Below are positions 25,920-26,870 of a stretch of DNA of 26,870 nucleotides, piece after piece. This DNA comes from a virus (taxonomy: Duplodnaviria; Caudoviricetes): IMG/VR virus record IMGVR_UViG_3300016471_000541, positions 1-26,870 of that record; one strand, written 5' to 3'. The stretch's first letter is position 1. The number at the start of each line of letters is the position of its first letter. The notes beneath the pieces are model-generated. The model saw only the letters and a program-made list of their open reading frames with translations, made no database searches and was not told the DNA's origin. Position numbers and translations under genes: made by a program.

Positions 25920-26558
25920 TTAACACTCTCTGCAGCCAGGGTAAAATATATCACTTCCGTATGGCATATATGGGTAGCGTGAGTCTGCCATTCTCATACC
26001 AGCTCTTTGAGCCTGTCTTTGCCATTGATTAAACCTTGATGTAACGAATGGAGAGCGATAACCTGTCTGATAATCCGGGTAGGCCTTCCAAAACTCACCA
26101 TTATTATTTAACTCTGGAAAGTCATTTTGGTTTTGTATTAAGTATTGTGTAAGTTTATTTCCGTAAAATTGCGACTTATTGTCAGCCAACTGCCTCTTTT
26201 TCTCAAATAGTCGTTGGTCCACATTGATGCTATTTTCACCACCTGTTGGGGTTAGCAAACCATTGTTGCGTGGTCTTAAATAGATGTATTCCAGCGACTC
26301 CCAGTATGATGCCCATATAAGGTAGGGGACAATAAAAGAGTTTACAAGCGTTAAATATACGCCAGCTAAGGTATTGTTATCAATGTCATTTATTACTCTC
26401 TGATATAATGCAGTGCTTATCAAGCGTTGTAAATACACATCTTGCGCAGTTGATATAGCTGTTGTTAGTAGTTTTGCATCTACATTGTTATTCAGGTCTG
26501 TAAATGACCGCAATTTGGTTTCTGATATAATAAGTGTTTCAGTCGGTGGGTAGCTCAT
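25920..26558 (-). CDS. Head-tail adaptor-like protein (DUF6712-like)
   Basis: LIISETKL..NNNVD..AQDVYLQRLISTALY..YLTLVNSFIVPYLIW..YL..FPE. Lies directly downstream of the portal C-terminus. Confidence 0.65.
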   Translation of the reverse strand: MSYPPTETLIISETKLRSFTDLNNNVDAKLLTTAISTAQDVYLQRLISTALYQRVINDIDNNTLAGVYLTLVNSFIVPYLIWASYWESLEYIYLRPRNNGLLTPTGGENSINVDQRLFEKKRQLADNKSQFYGNKLTQYLIQNQNDFPELNNNGEFWKAYPDYQTGYRSPFVTSRFNQWQRQAQRAGMRMADSRYPYMPYGSDIFYPGCREC

Positions 26559-26676
26559 ACTTTTTCCGTTTATATAATTTTTTAGATGGTGTTATTTTCT
26601 CTGTCATTTTAATGCCGATATGTCGGTTCGCTTCACCAGCACTCCAACCACCATTAAAGTTTAATTTCTTCTTCAT
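26539..26676 (-). CDS. Small basic hypothetical protein (45 aa, below track cut-off)
   Basis: MKKKLNFNGGWSAGEANRHIGIKMTEKITPSKKLYKRKKYELPTD fills the gap and overlaps both neighbours by ~20 nt. Confidence 0.5.
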   Translation of the reverse strand: MKKKLNFNGGWSAGEANRHIGIKMTEKITPSKKLYKRKKYELPTD

Positions 26677-26870
26677 TCGTTACCCCCAAAAAAGCATCAA
26701 TTTGCTCTTTCGACAATCCGAACCCAGCAGCTAGCATTGTTTTAGCTTGTTCAAGTGTAATCTTATCTTGCCCATAATGCCTCACTATCCTCATCAGGTT
26801 TTGATATTGACGTCCGCTAAGGGTTCGCATTACCTCATTGGATGAAAGCTCAACAGCGTCGCTCGTTTGC
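26654..26870 (-). CDS. Portal protein C-terminal fragment (enters from right edge)
   Basis: QTSDAVELSSNEVMRTLSGRQYQNLMRIVRHYGQDKITLEQAKTMLAAGFGLSKEQIDAFLGVTNEEEIKL*. I recognise this helical extension from portal C-termini of related phages, and it lies upstream of the adaptor. Confidence 0.65.
   Translation of the reverse strand, partial: QTSDAVELSSNEVMRTLSGRQYQNLMRIVRHYGQDKITLEQAKTMLAAGFGLSKEQIDAFLGVTNEEEIKL

Noticed and set aside
1-26870. Alternative genetic code, diversity-generating retroelement or tRNA genes
   Set aside because: Genes tile densely under the standard bacterial code. No reverse transcriptase, no TR/VR pair and no tRNA cloverleaf were seen.

Overview
AT-rich tailed-phage (siphovirus-like) DNA, probably from a Bacteroidota-infecting lineage. 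Nearly all genes lie on the minus strand. In transcription order they are: sigma-like factor, terminase module, tail assembly chaperone with a -1 slippery site, neck/tail genes, tape measure, XkdF-type prohead protease, scaffold, major capsid, tail tube and portal. The portal (missed by the ORF track) runs off the left end, and a portal-type C-terminus re-enters at the right end, followed by head-tail adaptor, fibre and holin. The window therefore looks like an almost complete ~27 kb circularly permuted genome. It encodes a full virion but no recognisable replication, recombination, integration or endolysin gene. Non-structural content is five GIY-YIG-type nucleases, a glycosyltransferase, a sigma-like protein and a hairpin-dense ~0.7 kb intergenic region. 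A TATTTATA motif precedes nine minus-strand transcription units. Lead hypothesis (inference): a virion-complete but replication-dependent (satellite-like or Rep-less) phage. All assignments come from motif recognition by eye, without database searches.
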